DNA of 64,000 nt from Candidatus Dojkabacteria bacterium (GCA_035444565.1 DAOMOX010000001.1:59987-123986), one strand, 5' to 3'; counted from the first letter of the stretch, positions 41,704-51,493 are shown. The notes: generated from the sequence alone by a model not told the origin. Program-made: numbers and translations.

Positions 41704-42681
41704 TTATTCGTTAGAGTGTTCAACTCGGACCATAAACATCTCTTGAAGTCTAGTTACACCCATAGTTGCTTTCCAACCTGATGTACCTCTTTGATTCAAA
41801 GGATCTTCTGTACCTCCTGAACCTACTGGTTTGACAATGTTTTCCATTGCTCTACCTGATAGTCTCGAAACTCCGTATGCATCCATACCTAAGAATAGAG
41901 TTGAGTAAACATCAATACCTCCATTGCCTCCATCTTCAAAAACTTTAGCGTTTGTAGTTTCTACAAATCTAACCTCTTCAAATTTTCCAACTTCTCCTGG
42001 AAGTGGTTGTGAGTTCTGGTAGTATTTCTCTACTGGTTCAAACCCTGATACGCCTCTAAGGTTTAGAGTAGTTGTAGGATGGACCATAGCAACATAAGCT
42101 GAGGCTACTGGAGTAGTGTTGTAACCTCTATCTGCTGAAACGATTTTAGTAATCCTCTTTGCGTTCTGCATCTTCAAGGTCCAAATAGCGAGTCTTATTT
42201 CATCTGCAAGTAGTTTATCTCCAGTTGTAATGTCTGTTCTTTCATCATTAGCTTTAGGAGCTGTAACATCTGCATAGCGGATATTAGTTCCAGCATGTAA
42301 TACTTCTCTAATTATTAAATCAAGTGATTGTCCTGCTTGTTCTCCCAATACTTCTGCAGCCTCCATCAAAACGAGGTCTATTGAAGTATCTAGCGTGAAG
42401 TCATCTACAGTCATGTAATCACCATATTGTTTTATCTGAGTGGTTACATCAGTAACTGATAGTTGTTTACCTTCAGGAGTTACTCCAGGTGTTAGAGGAG
42501 TAGTGTTTGCTGATAATGCATTGTATTTTCTGAACTTGATAGTATCAGTATTATGCATTGGTAAATCTCTTACTTGTGCAAATCTATCATGTAAGAGTAA
42601 AGGTAAAGCCCTGCTCAATAGTTGTCTATCGTAGTATGTATTTACAGGGTAGGGAATGTTTGCTGTGGTGTTTAATGCCAT
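41704..42681 (-). CDS. Probable major capsid protein (HK97-fold family)
   Basis: ~325 aa. Lies after the portal and scaffold genes. N-terminus 'MALNTTANIPYPVNTYYDRQLLSRALPLL..DRFAQVRDLP' resembles phage coat proteins. The ORF could start at 42717; the ATG at 42681 is preferred. Confidence 0.55.
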   Translation of the reverse strand: MALNTTANIPYPVNTYYDRQLLSRALPLLLHDRFAQVRDLPMHNTDTIKFRKYNALSANTTPLTPGVTPEGKQLSVTDVTTQIKQYGDYMTVDDFTLDTSIDLVLMEAAEVLGEQAGQSLDLIIREVLHAGTNIRYADVTAPKANDERTDITTGDKLLADEIRLAIWTLKMQNAKRITKIVSADRGYNTTPVASAYVAMVHPTTTLNLRGVSGFEPVEKYYQNSQPLPGEVGKFEEVRFVETTNAKVFEDGGNGGIDVYSTLFLGMDAYGVSRLSGRAMENIVKPVGSGGTEDPLNQRGTSGWKATMGVTRLQEMFMVRVEHSNE

Positions 42682-42785
42682 TTGATTAAAGTAATAAATA
42701 AAAAATAAAGGGTACAAATAGTCTCTTCCCTAGAGATTAAATTATCTGTACCCAGTATTTCTGGTTAAGCTGTACCCAACTTATC

Positions 42786-42820
42786 GGGCGGAGTATTACT
42801 TTTTAGTTATAAAAAGTCAA
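42786..42820 (-). promoter_or_regulatory. Late-promoter-like motif upstream of the capsid gene (TTGACT-N17-TAATACTCCGCCC, minus orientation)
   Basis: Plus strand reads 'gggcggagtattactttttagttataaaaagtcaa'. Contains an 8-bp inverted repeat ACTTTTTA/TAAAAAGT. Confidence 0.5.
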
Positions 42821-43302
42821 TATCTTCCAGCGTTTTTTATTCTCATCTGATTAATTGTCTTTTCAAAATCCTCTTCTGAAAGGTCCCAGGCATTGCCTAG
42901 TTCATTTCCTTTGCTTGAAGAGTTGGACCCTTTGAAGAAGTCCCTATCTACATTAGATTGATTCGTATCTGCCATCTGCTTACCTATCTCTACTAATTCA
43001 GATGGACCTAATGCAATAGCTACAACTCTATCAATGGGTAGTGTTCTGTTCTCAGGTTTCATAGCCTCTTCAAGTATTTTATTAGCGTGTTTCTTGTATA
43101 CTTCATTTCCATCCTCAAGTAGGAAATCACTAACTTTATCCTTTGCTACTAGCCTTTCAACTCTATCATCGGGGTTGTCCTTGCCTTCAGGCTTTGTTTT
43201 ATCCCCTTTAGTTTCTGCCTTCTTCTCTTCAGGTTCGTTGTTCTCTTCTCCTTCTGCCTCTTCATCTAAGTCATCAAAAGGATCTTTGTAATCTTCATTC
43301 AT
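42817..43302 (-). CDS. Putative scaffolding protein (highly acidic N-terminal region)
   Basis: 161 aa with 'DPFDDLDEEAEGEENNEPEEKKAETKGDK'. Sits between the portal and capsid genes. Confidence 0.45.
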   Translation of the reverse strand: MNEDYKDPFDDLDEEAEGEENNEPEEKKAETKGDKTKPEGKDNPDDRVERLVAKDKVSDFLLEDGNEVYKKHANKILEEAMKPENRTLPIDRVVAIALGPSELVEIGKQMADTNQSNVDRDFFKGSNSSSKGNELGNAWDLSEEDFEKTINQMRIKNAGRY

Positions 43303-43331
43303 TGTATGAATATAAAAAATAAATTACCCAG

Positions 43332-43634
43332 TTAATCTGGTAGGTTATAATATGGGTCCAGGTAGTTTTTAATAGATGTTTTCTTATATTGCTTATCTAG
43401 TCTTACAACTTGTTCGGGTAGACTTATAAACCTAGTTAATTGCTCTATTAGTTTGGCGGTCCTTACTCTCTCTTCTCCTAGTTTCTGATAGTCTACAGAC
43501 TCTGGAATCACTAACAAATCCTTGTTGAGTTCCTCAATCGTATCCTCAATAACGGAAACAAGGTATTTCCATCCCTCAGTTGAGATTAGATTAGCAAAGT
43601 TTTCTACAATTACCTCTTGTTCCTTATGTATCAT
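43332..43634 (-). CDS. hypothetical protein (100 aa)
   Basis: ORF with a 4-nt overlap onto the portal gene. Confidence 0.4.
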   Translation of the reverse strand: MIHKEQEVIVENFANLISTEGWKYLVSVIEDTIEELNKDLLVIPESVDYQKLGEERVRTAKLIEQLTRFISLPEQVVRLDKQYKKTSIKNYLDPYYNLPD

Positions 43635-45559
43635 TGCATCATAAGTGCTTGGCTTATATTAGATGGAGCATCAGGGTTCAATTGTGCATTTATATTAGGT
43701 TCTCCTGGTTGTTGATTCTGTAATTCAGGGAATAATTCAGGCTTAGCTTTCTGAAGTGCCATTGCCGCCTTATGGGTTTCAATATGTGCAAACGTGGCGT
43801 TAGTTGCTTTAGCTCTTTCGTGTATCTCTATGTGAGCCATGTGGTCATCATTCGGTTTAACTGGAGCTTTCTTATTCTTATCGAGTAATTGATTCTCCTC
43901 TTCTGCCATCAACTCATCAGGAGATGGAGGGAGTAGTTTATTAATCTCAGTAACGCTATACCCTATGAGTTTATACATCTTCTTAGCTATATAGCGGTGA
44001 TTAGTTCCTGGATTTTGTGCAGTTGCTTTATAAACTGTAGCAAGTCTAGTTAGTTCCTTGTCTCTGATAGCCTCTGATAATATCTTAGATGTGATTGTTA
44101 TATTCGGGTCCGCCTTAGGAGTTATAAGTTCGTTCTTCTTGTATGTTTTCCAGTCAGAACCAAAAGCCGATTTAAGCTCTACCAATTTCTTAGAAGTATC
44201 AGGCATGTACTTGTGATACATGAAGTACCATGTTTTCCAGAAGTTCTTTTCTGATATCTCAAAGAATTTAGCTGTTAGAGAATATCTTACTCCAACTTTA
44301 GAGGCTACAAGGTTAATTTCTCCTAGAGTTTTATCCTGAGATGATGTTACGCCTTGTTGTGTTTCAGGCGTGGCTGTAGCTTTTTGAGCCGCCTCATCCA
44401 GTTGATTCATGATATATTCAACGACATTTACATTAGGGTAATCCTTTGGAAGGGCTACTACAGCCCCTACAGGGTCGTGTTTTATTCCAGTTTTCTTATT
44501 TAAGCCAAAATCTAGCTCTTTTGGATTAGTTATCTTAGTTTCATTGTATAAGTAATGAGGGTATATCGAGTGTTGTATGCTATCTAGAGTTGCATTTTGT
44601 GTAATTGCTCTAGCCCTTTGCTTATCCTCAATCAAGTCAGGAATAGATACTCCATCCCAGTCTCTACTCATTTTAGATGATGGACGATCTACAGCTAACC
44701 AACTAGCCTGGTTCTTAGCTACAGAATACTTAACAACATCTGCAAAATCATTAGTGGTAACAACTAAACATTTCTTTCCGTTAAAGTGTGTATGCCATTT
44801 GATAAGTTGAAACGATTCATTATCTCCAAATTCAGGACCCTCTTTAGAATCATTCTGAGTATTTTGAGCATCAGCTCTAGCCCTTCTAGCCTCTTCTATT
44901 CCTGAATCATGCTTGATTGATGTTTGAATAATTCTATCAATGGATGCATAGCGGTCCTTCTCTAATTCCCTTTTGGTAATTTCTACATCCTGCCCCCAGA
45001 ACCTACAACCACGTGAAGTTGAACTATCATTAAATGCACTTGCTTTAGGGTCCCTATAGAATACAAGGGGGTCTATTACCTGGACCTCAGGAGTATTAGT
45101 TTTGGTATCGAATCCTACAAACTCAACCATACCTCTACCAAAGAAAAGGGAATCAAATATCCAATCATAATTAATCTCAGCCATCCCCATTTCATCAAAA
45201 TCATATCGGGCGATATGGTTCAAGTTCTCAGCTTGTGTGTCATCTCCAGTCTCATGTCCTGAAAACTCTACTTGCATTTGGTCGTTATACAAACTAGCTA
45301 TAACAGTCATGAAGATTGTATATAGCAAAGGGTCCCCGAACTTATCTTCATCCCTCTTTTGGTTATTGAAAAGGGAAAGTCTCATTCCCCATACTTTTTT
45401 CTTGTGGAGTAAATAGTTTCTAGAGGTATCGTATTCTGCCTCAACTTGTTTTAATAATCGTTTAGTCTCTTCAGGAGTAAGGGGAATATCCCCTCCGCTT
45501 GTGTCTTGTTCCTGGAACTCTACCTTCACTTGCTCATTGGTTATTTTATTTTTTGGCAT
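43631..45559 (-). CDS. Portal protein
   Basis: 642 aa, directly downstream of TerS. Size, charge pattern and position fit a podovirus portal. No single diagnostic motif. Confidence 0.6.
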   Translation of the reverse strand: MPKNKITNEQVKVEFQEQDTSGGDIPLTPEETKRLLKQVEAEYDTSRNYLLHKKKVWGMRLSLFNNQKRDEDKFGDPLLYTIFMTVIASLYNDQMQVEFSGHETGDDTQAENLNHIARYDFDEMGMAEINYDWIFDSLFFGRGMVEFVGFDTKTNTPEVQVIDPLVFYRDPKASAFNDSSTSRGCRFWGQDVEITKRELEKDRYASIDRIIQTSIKHDSGIEEARRARADAQNTQNDSKEGPEFGDNESFQLIKWHTHFNGKKCLVVTTNDFADVVKYSVAKNQASWLAVDRPSSKMSRDWDGVSIPDLIEDKQRARAITQNATLDSIQHSIYPHYLYNETKITNPKELDFGLNKKTGIKHDPVGAVVALPKDYPNVNVVEYIMNQLDEAAQKATATPETQQGVTSSQDKTLGEINLVASKVGVRYSLTAKFFEISEKNFWKTWYFMYHKYMPDTSKKLVELKSAFGSDWKTYKKNELITPKADPNITITSKILSEAIRDKELTRLATVYKATAQNPGTNHRYIAKKMYKLIGYSVTEINKLLPPSPDELMAEEENQLLDKNKKAPVKPNDDHMAHIEIHERAKATNATFAHIETHKAAMALQKAKPELFPELQNQQPGEPNINAQLNPDAPSNISQALMMQ

Positions 45560-45941
45560 TTTTTAGATCTTTTAATAATTCTTCTAGTTCTTTATCAGTC
45601 ATAGTTTTTAGTTCATCTGTAGGGTCCGCCCTCTTTATCTCTTGTAGGTCCCTCCAACCAAATCTATTTTTCATATTGAAAATCCAAACTGTAGCATTTA
45701 GTTTTACATCTTGTGGTCCGCCTAGAATATAATCAATCCCTAATCCTTCCCAAAACATCCTACATTGCACTTCCCCTTCTTTTATGGCATCTGAAAACTC
45801 TCTATGAATTTTCACCCATCTATACAAAGTATCTGCTGTAATATGTAAAGAACCTGCAACTGCCTCTTTAGAATAACCCTTACTCATCAAGTCTACGACT
45901 TTCTTACAATAGGCTTTTTTGTATTTAGTAGGTCTAGCCAT
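45546..45941 (-). CDS. terS: Terminase small subunit (TerS)
   Basis: 131 aa. N-terminal HTH 'ARPTKYKKAYCKKVVDLMSKGYSKEAVAGSLHITADTLYRWVK' is typical of the P27-family TerS. Immediately upstream of the portal. Confidence 0.7.
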   Translation of the reverse strand: MARPTKYKKAYCKKVVDLMSKGYSKEAVAGSLHITADTLYRWVKIHREFSDAIKEGEVQCRMFWEGLGIDYILGGPQDVKLNATVWIFNMKNRFGWRDLQEIKRADPTDELKTMTDKELEELLKDLKNAKK

Positions 45942-45982
45942 CTCATAGAATTAGAGTTACGAGTTTGATTCTCAATTTTCGT

Positions 45983-46016
45983 GGGAGTATTACTTTTTTT
46001 TGAGGCGATTGTCAAA
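45983..46016 (-). promoter_or_regulatory. Late-promoter-like motif upstream of terS (TTGACA-N17-TAATACTCCCACG, minus orientation)
   Basis: Plus strand reads 'gggagtattacttttttttgaggcgattgtcaa'. Confidence 0.5.
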
Positions 46017-46329
46017 TATTTTGTGTGATTTTATCCAGGAATAAATGTTTCATCCCTAGAAGATATCGAGTAAGTTCTGATATCTCTTCATCCTCTGTAA
46101 GGTAGTCGTAATAATAACTACCCTTTTTGAAGTTGATAATTACCTTATTTTCCCCATGTTTTGTGTAGGCTATAGCCCCTTCTTTAACTTTAACCTTTTT
46201 GTTTTCTCTGATGATGTGAAAGGAATTAGCTACACGATAACGGAGACGAACAAAAGTAATTATATCTACGATTGACTCGGCTCTAGTGGAGCTAAATCTG
46301 TAGTATTTACGTGATATGTTGTTTCCCAT
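46012..46329 (-). CDS. hypothetical protein
   Basis: The ORF is trimmed to the internal ATG so that it abuts the replisome organizer stop. Confidence 0.35.
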   Translation of the reverse strand: MGNNISRKYYRFSSTRAESIVDIITFVRLRYRVANSFHIIRENKKVKVKEGAIAYTKHGENKVIINFKKGSYYYDYLTEDEEISELTRYLLGMKHLFLDKITQNI

Positions 46330-46330
46330 G

Positions 46331-47185
46331 TTAGGTAGTGTTAAGAAATAAACCAGTACGTTTAAGCTCCTCAAAGCGTTCACGACTGAGTTTGAGGAGG
46401 TCCGAACTCGCACGTTTAGGCGATGGTGGTGGTACCCATCCAGGAGGTAAATCTAGTTTTCGTTCCTGGTACATGGGTTTAATATCTAAATCATCATTCC
46501 ATCTTTGAGCATTAAGCCAACTTGTTGGGAGGGGAATATATCGGGGTTCTGTTTTGTGTTGTTTCCAGTAACGGAGATAGCGTTGAAGTCCCTGGATTAT
46601 TTTTTCATGATAACCATCCTTCACTAGGATTTTATATTTCTTCTCTGCATCAACTTTACTTTGTTTCCTAGGATATAAATTCCAAAATTCTAAAAATTCC
46701 TTACTCTCTTGCACATGTTCTTTTGTAATAGTTTCTTTTGTAATAGTTTCTTTTGTGTGTTTCCTTTTGGTAACTACCTGTGTAACCATTTGGTAACTAG
46801 TGGGGGTACATTTGGTAACTAGTTTCCTTTTGGTAACTACCCAGTTATCCGTATTGGGATTGATTTTATAATGTAGTGGTTCCCTATTGGTAACTAGTAG
46901 AATTTTCGCATTAATAAGCCTAGCTAATGATTTAGAGACCGACTTTCTTGTTAGTCCAGTAAATTTTTCAAACTGAGTGTAACTTATCCAATCTGCGTTT
47001 TTATTAAATCCCGAAGTCTTTCTCAAAATAACAAGAACCACTCTAAAGTCGGATCCCGATAGTTCAGCAAGTGTAAGTTTTTCTAGTAAGGTATTTTCAA
47101 ACTGTGTAAATAGTTCGTCTTTATGGTGATTGGTATTTTGTGGGCTAGTTGAGACCATGATTTTATGTTTAGTTGTCGTAAACAT
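46331..47185 (-). CDS. Phage replisome organizer or replication initiator (N-terminal winged-HTH domain) with iterons embedded in the coding sequence
   Basis: 'FRVVLVILRKTSGFNKNADWISYTQFEKFTGLTRKSVSKSLARLINAKILL'. Internal 'TKETITKETITKE' and a VTK-rich region are encoded by the iterons. Confidence 0.65.
   Translation of the reverse strand: MFTTTKHKIMVSTSPQNTNHHKDELFTQFENTLLEKLTLAELSGSDFRVVLVILRKTSGFNKNADWISYTQFEKFTGLTRKSVSKSLARLINAKILLVTNREPLHYKINPNTDNWVVTKRKLVTKCTPTSYQMVTQVVTKRKHTKETITKETITKEHVQESKEFLEFWNLYPRKQSKVDAEKKYKILVKDGYHEKIIQGLQRYLRYWKQHKTEPRYIPLPTSWLNAQRWNDDLDIKPMYQERKLDLPPGWVPPPSPKRASSDLLKLSRERFEELKRTGLFLNTT
46767..46896. repeat. Iteron array: 5 direct copies of TTGGTAACTA plus an adjacent 15-bp tandem duplication (46719-46748); candidate phage replication origin
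   Basis: Copies at 46767, 46790, 46812, 46830 and 46887. An inverted partial copy 'tgtaacca' lies at 46781. Confidence 0.7.
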
Positions 47186-47450
47186 TTATAATCTATCAAT
47201 AAAACTTAGCACTCGTCAACTAGAAAAAAGAGAAAAATTACTTTTTAGTAGGAATTAGAGAAACTATTTTCTCCATTAAGTCGACATAAGGAAGGAGGAA
47301 TTTAGAGGAGGAGTGGTCGATTGAATTTCTCAAGGATTGTAATTCCTGAATTATCTTATCAAGTCGCTTAATCATATTGATATATAAGATAGTGTGTTAT
47401 ATATATCAAACCAAGGGCTATTTTGTCAACACAAACACATTTTGATGAAT

Positions 47451-48053
47451 TTAATCATCAGTTGACTCGCATACTACCCCATTGTCTATAAATTCTAAAC
47501 CGTCTAGATCCATAGGATCATTAGTTTTCGTAAAGCCACAACTATCAAAGAATTTTTGGGCTTCTGCCTGGCTACTAAAATCGCTACAATCCCTATCAAC
47601 ACTACAAGAATATTTTCCCCCCTCGCTTCTTCTATTAACAGTCTCATACGTTTCCAATCCCACCGCTAACATAAATAGAAAGAGCGGTACCAAGACAATT
47701 GATGCGAAAAACAACATAATCGAAATCAATAATTTCTCTCTCCGTGACGAACTAGCCCAAAATCCCCTAAAAGATTTAAAGATACTTAGAATTACTCTAA
47801 AGAAAAAGTACAAAATAAATAACCCTAAAAAGCTTGATATTACGGGGTATTTGTATGTAGGTATTTCGGACCAGACAAGATATAAAACAAAGGTTAAAAC
47901 CAATCCAAATATATTGAACGCAGCTTCGTGATGGTTGTTGACATGCTTACTAATATTCATATCCCCTTTCAAGAATTTATATAATAGATAAAGGATAAAC
48001 CCACACAAAAGACCACTCGATACCCCTATTAAATAAATATCTAGATTGACCAT
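47451..48053 (-). CDS. Membrane protein with a C-terminal Excalibur-like calcium-binding domain
   Basis: 4 TM helices. Then 'DRDCSDFSSQAEAQKFFDSCGFTKTNDPMDLDGLEFIDNGVVCE', matching the Excalibur 'DCSDF..QAEAQ.FF....DPH.LDRDGDG.ACE' signature. Confidence 0.55.
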   Translation of the reverse strand: MVNLDIYLIGVSSGLLCGFILYLLYKFLKGDMNISKHVNNHHEAAFNIFGLVLTFVLYLVWSEIPTYKYPVISSFLGLFILYFFFRVILSIFKSFRGFWASSSRREKLLISIMLFFASIVLVPLFLFMLAVGLETYETVNRRSEGGKYSCSVDRDCSDFSSQAEAQKFFDSCGFTKTNDPMDLDGLEFIDNGVVCESTDD

Positions 48054-48111
48054 GAGCGATTAATTAGAAATTAACTATTGTAAGCAAATGGCAATAAATA
48101 GATTGTGCGAT

Positions 48112-48471
48112 CTATTTATCTTTCGGTGGTTTAATTGGTTGATTGGTGAGGTTACTCAATGCCTTTCTTCTTAGAGTAAATTCATATTTATCTAACCCAG
48201 TAGTATATTTCTGTCCATAATACTTCTCAAAGTCCTTATATAGTTGTTGAGGGCTGACATTCAACTTTTTTGCCAAATCTCTTATTCCAGCATACTCCAG
48301 ATCTTGTGCCAATAAAGCTATTAGATGAATCTTTTTCATATGGAGCATAGCTTTTGCCTTGTTATAATTTTTTGGCATTGTAATAAACACAAGAGAGAAA
48401 GAATCAATTCTCCCTTTTAAGTGGTCCTTAAAATGACTGAGGTTATGTTGATATTTTATCATATTTTTCAA
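48112..48471 (-). CDS. Putative HTH transcriptional regulator (phage repressor or activator candidate)
   Basis: 119 aa with 'GIRDLAKKLNVSPQQLYKDFEKY'. Lies at the divergent junction between the minus-strand and plus-strand blocks. Confidence 0.45.
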   Translation of the reverse strand: MKNMIKYQHNLSHFKDHLKGRIDSFSLVFITMPKNYNKAKAMLHMKKIHLIALLAQDLEYAGIRDLAKKLNVSPQQLYKDFEKYYGQKYTTGLDKYEFTLRRKALSNLTNQPIKPPKDK

Positions 48472-48688
48472 TGTTTACAAGTAAATACAAGATGTACGTA
48501 TCGTAAATGCAAGTTAAATATAACACCAACCTTACCCACCGTCAAGTGTAACTGACTGGATAGATATTCCCTTTTATCATTTCTCGCAACCGCCTAACGC
48601 AGTAGAGAAAATTGAGAAAATACACATTTTAACTTGACGACTACTAATCTATATTATATATTTTATACAGAGTTACGACCGCTAAACC

Positions 48689-48847
48689 ATGACAAACCAA
48701 ATTTACAACACGAGAAAATACGTGGAAGGCAAGAAGAAGAAAGAGAGAACTGAGTTAATTATCTTTGTACTTGAGAGTGCAATGGTAGTAGCAACAGTTC
48801 TAACTTTCATACTAGGAGTACCCTTCTGGTATCTCTTCACCTTCTGA
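48689..48847 (+). CDS. small membrane protein (52 aa)
   Basis: 'MTNQIYNTRKYVEGKKKKERTELIIFVLESAMVVATVLTFILGVPFWYLFTF'. Preceded by TTGACG-N17-TATATT and followed by a G/C hairpin with a T-tract. Confidence 0.35.
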   Translation: MTNQIYNTRKYVEGKKKKERTELIIFVLESAMVVATVLTFILGVPFWYLFTF

Positions 48848-48914
48848 ACTTAATCAGGGGGGGTTTTTTGCGTACACATAAGACCCCCGCTATTTAAGTT
48901 TATTACTTCTAATT

Positions 48915-49199
48915 ATGGGAATAAGGGATATCTGGCAACAGATGACACTAAGGGAGGCTAAATCAAGAAAGAAGAGTATAAGATCTTCTCAAATTGAATT
49001 AGCCAAACAACTATTATTTTTGATAGCTACAAAGCAATTAGGGATAGTAGGCAAACAGAAGAGGAAGATTTTTCAATTCCAATTCGGAAAGGTTAACCAT
49101 AATACCTACAATCGAAGATGCATACACGCTGATTCGCTTGAGCAATGGTTAGAGGACCAAAACATTAAACTTAAATTTAAGAATATTGCCAATGGATAA
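48915..49199 (+). CDS. hypothetical protein (94 aa, basic)
   Basis: ORF ahead of RecT. Confidence 0.4.
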   Translation: MGIRDIWQQMTLREAKSRKKSIRSSQIELAKQLLFLIATKQLGIVGKQKRKIFQFQFGKVNHNTYNRRCIHADSLEQWLEDQNIKLKFKNIANG

Positions 49200-50094
49200 C
49201 CAACAATTAGCGACAGTTAAAGAATACACACCACAAGAGGTTGAACTAATTAAGAACACGATAGCAACTGGTTCTACAGATAATGAACTAAAGTTGTTTC
49301 TATATCAAGCTAAGAGGACACAACTAGACCCCCTTGCAGGACAGCTACACTTTACTAAGTACAACACTAAATCAGGACCGAAGGTGGGCTTTATAACCTC
49401 AATAGATGGGTACAGATTAATAGCGGAGAGAACAGGACAATATGCAGGGAATGATGATTATAGTTTTAATGATAATAAATCTCAGTATGAAGTATTGAAG
49501 AACGGAGAAAAAAGACCCCTAACCGCTACAGCTACAGTCTATAGATTAGTGAACGGAGAGAGAATACCTTTCACATCTACTGTAGTATGGGATTCATATT
49601 ATCCAGGACCAAACAAGGGTTTTATATGGGATAAGATGCCCTTCCTAATGTTAGGAAAGTGTGCAGAGGCGATAGCATTAAGAAAAGCATTTCCACAAGA
49701 GTTGGGAGGATTATACACAAGTGAAGAGATGGACCAATCAGAGATGATACATAAGCACAACGGAAAGGCTACAGAGAAGAAAGAAGAGGCTACTGAAGGA
49801 GAAGTAGTACACAAAAAAGATTATGAGACATTGCCCGAAGATGAGATGCAGAAATTGAGACTAAGAATAAAGATAGCAGTTAGACAATCGGACCTGGAGA
49901 AGGTGGGAGAGATGATTAAGAAACTCAAAAAGGATATGAAGATAGACGTATCCCAACTAACAGAATTAAGCAAACTATATAAGGAAAGGGAGTTCTATTT
50001 ACTAGGGGAAGAGGATGAGGACGAGGAAGAGGGTCCAAAAGAAGAGGATAAATCATATGTAATAGACCCTGATGAAATAAAGATAGACGAATAA
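49186..50094 (+). CDS. recT: RecT-family single-strand annealing recombinase with an acidic C-terminal tail
   Basis: 'LFLYQAKRTQLDPLAGQLHF' and 'ITSIDGYRLIAERTGQYAGN' are conserved RecT blocks. C-terminal tail 'EEDEDEEEGPKEEDK'. Confidence 0.7.
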   Translation: MPMDNQQLATVKEYTPQEVELIKNTIATGSTDNELKLFLYQAKRTQLDPLAGQLHFTKYNTKSGPKVGFITSIDGYRLIAERTGQYAGNDDYSFNDNKSQYEVLKNGEKRPLTATATVYRLVNGERIPFTSTVVWDSYYPGPNKGFIWDKMPFLMLGKCAEAIALRKAFPQELGGLYTSEEMDQSEMIHKHNGKATEKKEEATEGEVVHKKDYETLPEDEMQKLRLRIKIAVRQSDLEKVGEMIKKLKKDMKIDVSQLTELSKLYKEREFYLLGEEDEDEEEGPKEEDKSYVIDPDEIKIDE

Positions 50095-50129
50095 GCACTA
50101 TTTTATATTTTATTTTTTAACTTGCCCCC

Positions 50130-50312
50130 ATGAGTCAAATCTCAAAACTCAAAGAGATAATGAGTTGTAAAGAGGATTTAGAGACTTTTGAAGAGAAATA
50201 TATTGAGAGTGTTTTCAGGTTTTATAGGAGATACGGATATCTTACCAGGAGCCAATGGGACTGGATAGATATCTACTATAACAAACTTTATCAATTATAC
50301 AGCTATGAGTAA
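50130..50312 (+). CDS. hypothetical small protein
   Basis: 60 aa. Confidence 0.3.
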   Translation: MSQISKLKEIMSCKEDLETFEEKYIESVFRFYRRYGYLTRSQWDWIDIYYNKLYQLYSYE

Positions 50313-50345
50313 TGGTTCTAGAGCTACATTAGATTATGTCCTATT

Positions 50346-50531
50346 TTGGACTATTGGAATGATTATTTTAGTTATTACCTTTCTTTAATGCCCTACATTA
50401 AAAGCACTAATTTTGGATTTAATGGTGATGATGATTATCCGAAGTTAACGAAAGCAGGAACTGTTGTATCCGTATTGATGGTTTTACTTACAGTTAGTTT
50501 TCTACTATGGATAACAATAGCATACAGCTAA
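50346..50531 (+). CDS. hypothetical small membrane protein
   Basis: 61 aa with a C-terminal TM helix. Confidence 0.3.
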   Translation: MDYWNDYFSYYLSLMPYIKSTNFGFNGDDDYPKLTKAGTVVSVLMVLLTVSFLLWITIAYS

Positions 50532-50692
50532 CAGAAGAGGACAAGCAGAGTATAGTAGAATATCTACAGGCGTTACAAAGCATAAAGGACCGCACTACAG
50601 AAGGTTAATAATTGAATTGTGGTGGACAATGCGGGGCATAGGGGTATGTTTAAGTTGTCCATCACAACCCATTTACATTTTAACCAATCCAA

Positions 50693-51187
50693 ATGAGAGA
50701 GATAAGATTCAGGGCTTGGCAAAGCGAAGATAAACAAATGATTTACTCGCCTTTAATCACATCTAATGATGGTGCCGATAAAGCCTTCACGTCTTTTTGG
50801 GCTTTTATTGAAGATAACACTATATACGCGGGAGATGTTCAGATAATGCAATACATAGGACTAAAAGACAAGAACGGTAAAGAGATTTACGAGGGGGATG
50901 TGATAAATTATTTAGATAATTCTCATGATTATGGTGAATTTGGTTTTGGAATTAGAAAGGGGGTATGTGAATTTTCAAACCATACGGGAAGTTTCTTTTT
51001 TAGGGGTGATGATGGAGATACAAGGGATTATATGAACCTTGTTAATATGCAAGAAAAATGGAGTAAAGAAAGTTATCAAACAGTAAGTTCGCCATTCAGA
51101 GATGGTAAATTAGTAAAAAGTTACACTGAAATTGAAATCATCGGAAACATCTACGAAAACCCTAATTTATTATCACAAGACAAATGA
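50693..51187 (+). CDS. YopX-family phage protein
   Basis: N-terminus 'MREIRFRAWQ..' and 'IGLKDKNGKEIYEGDVI', as in the YopX domain. Confidence 0.65.
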   Translation: MREIRFRAWQSEDKQMIYSPLITSNDGADKAFTSFWAFIEDNTIYAGDVQIMQYIGLKDKNGKEIYEGDVINYLDNSHDYGEFGFGIRKGVCEFSNHTGSFFFRGDDGDTRDYMNLVNMQEKWSKESYQTVSSPFRDGKLVKSYTEIEIIGNIYENPNLLSQDK

Positions 51188-51414
51188 CAGACAAAGAGAT
51201 TGAGGAAAAAAGAGAGGAGTTTATTACAACATTTCCGAGTCTTTACGAGGGTCTTGGAACTGGAAGTTATTTGGAGATTCACGATAAGGTATGGCAATGG
51301 ATAGAGGAACTGATAAGGCATTATCATACACAAGGAAAGATAGAGGGATATAAAGAATGTCTTGAAGAGCAAGACGAACATGGCAAATATAATTTATTAA
51401 AAGATAAAAGATGA
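51184..51414 (+). CDS. small acidic protein, paralog of 53066-53359 (WxWIEELI motif)
   Basis: 'MTDKEIEEKREEF...VWQWIEELIRHY' versus 'MTDKEKAEKKNEY...LLIWEWIEELIKEV'. Confidence 0.45.
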   Translation: MTDKEIEEKREEFITTFPSLYEGLGTGSYLEIHDKVWQWIEELIRHYHTQGKIEGYKECLEEQDEHGKYNLLKDKR

Positions 51415-51493
51415 AAATTCACGAGGTTAATAAGTTCATAAGGGACACTAAAGTCACATTGATAAGCGAATATTATGACGGACAGGTTGCCCG

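Noticed and set aside
17426-45941. Two separate prophages because two terminase genes are present
   Set aside because: 17426-19873 is a large subunit (ATPase plus nuclease). 45546-45941 is a small subunit (HTH, 131 aa). They are complementary parts of one packaging machine.
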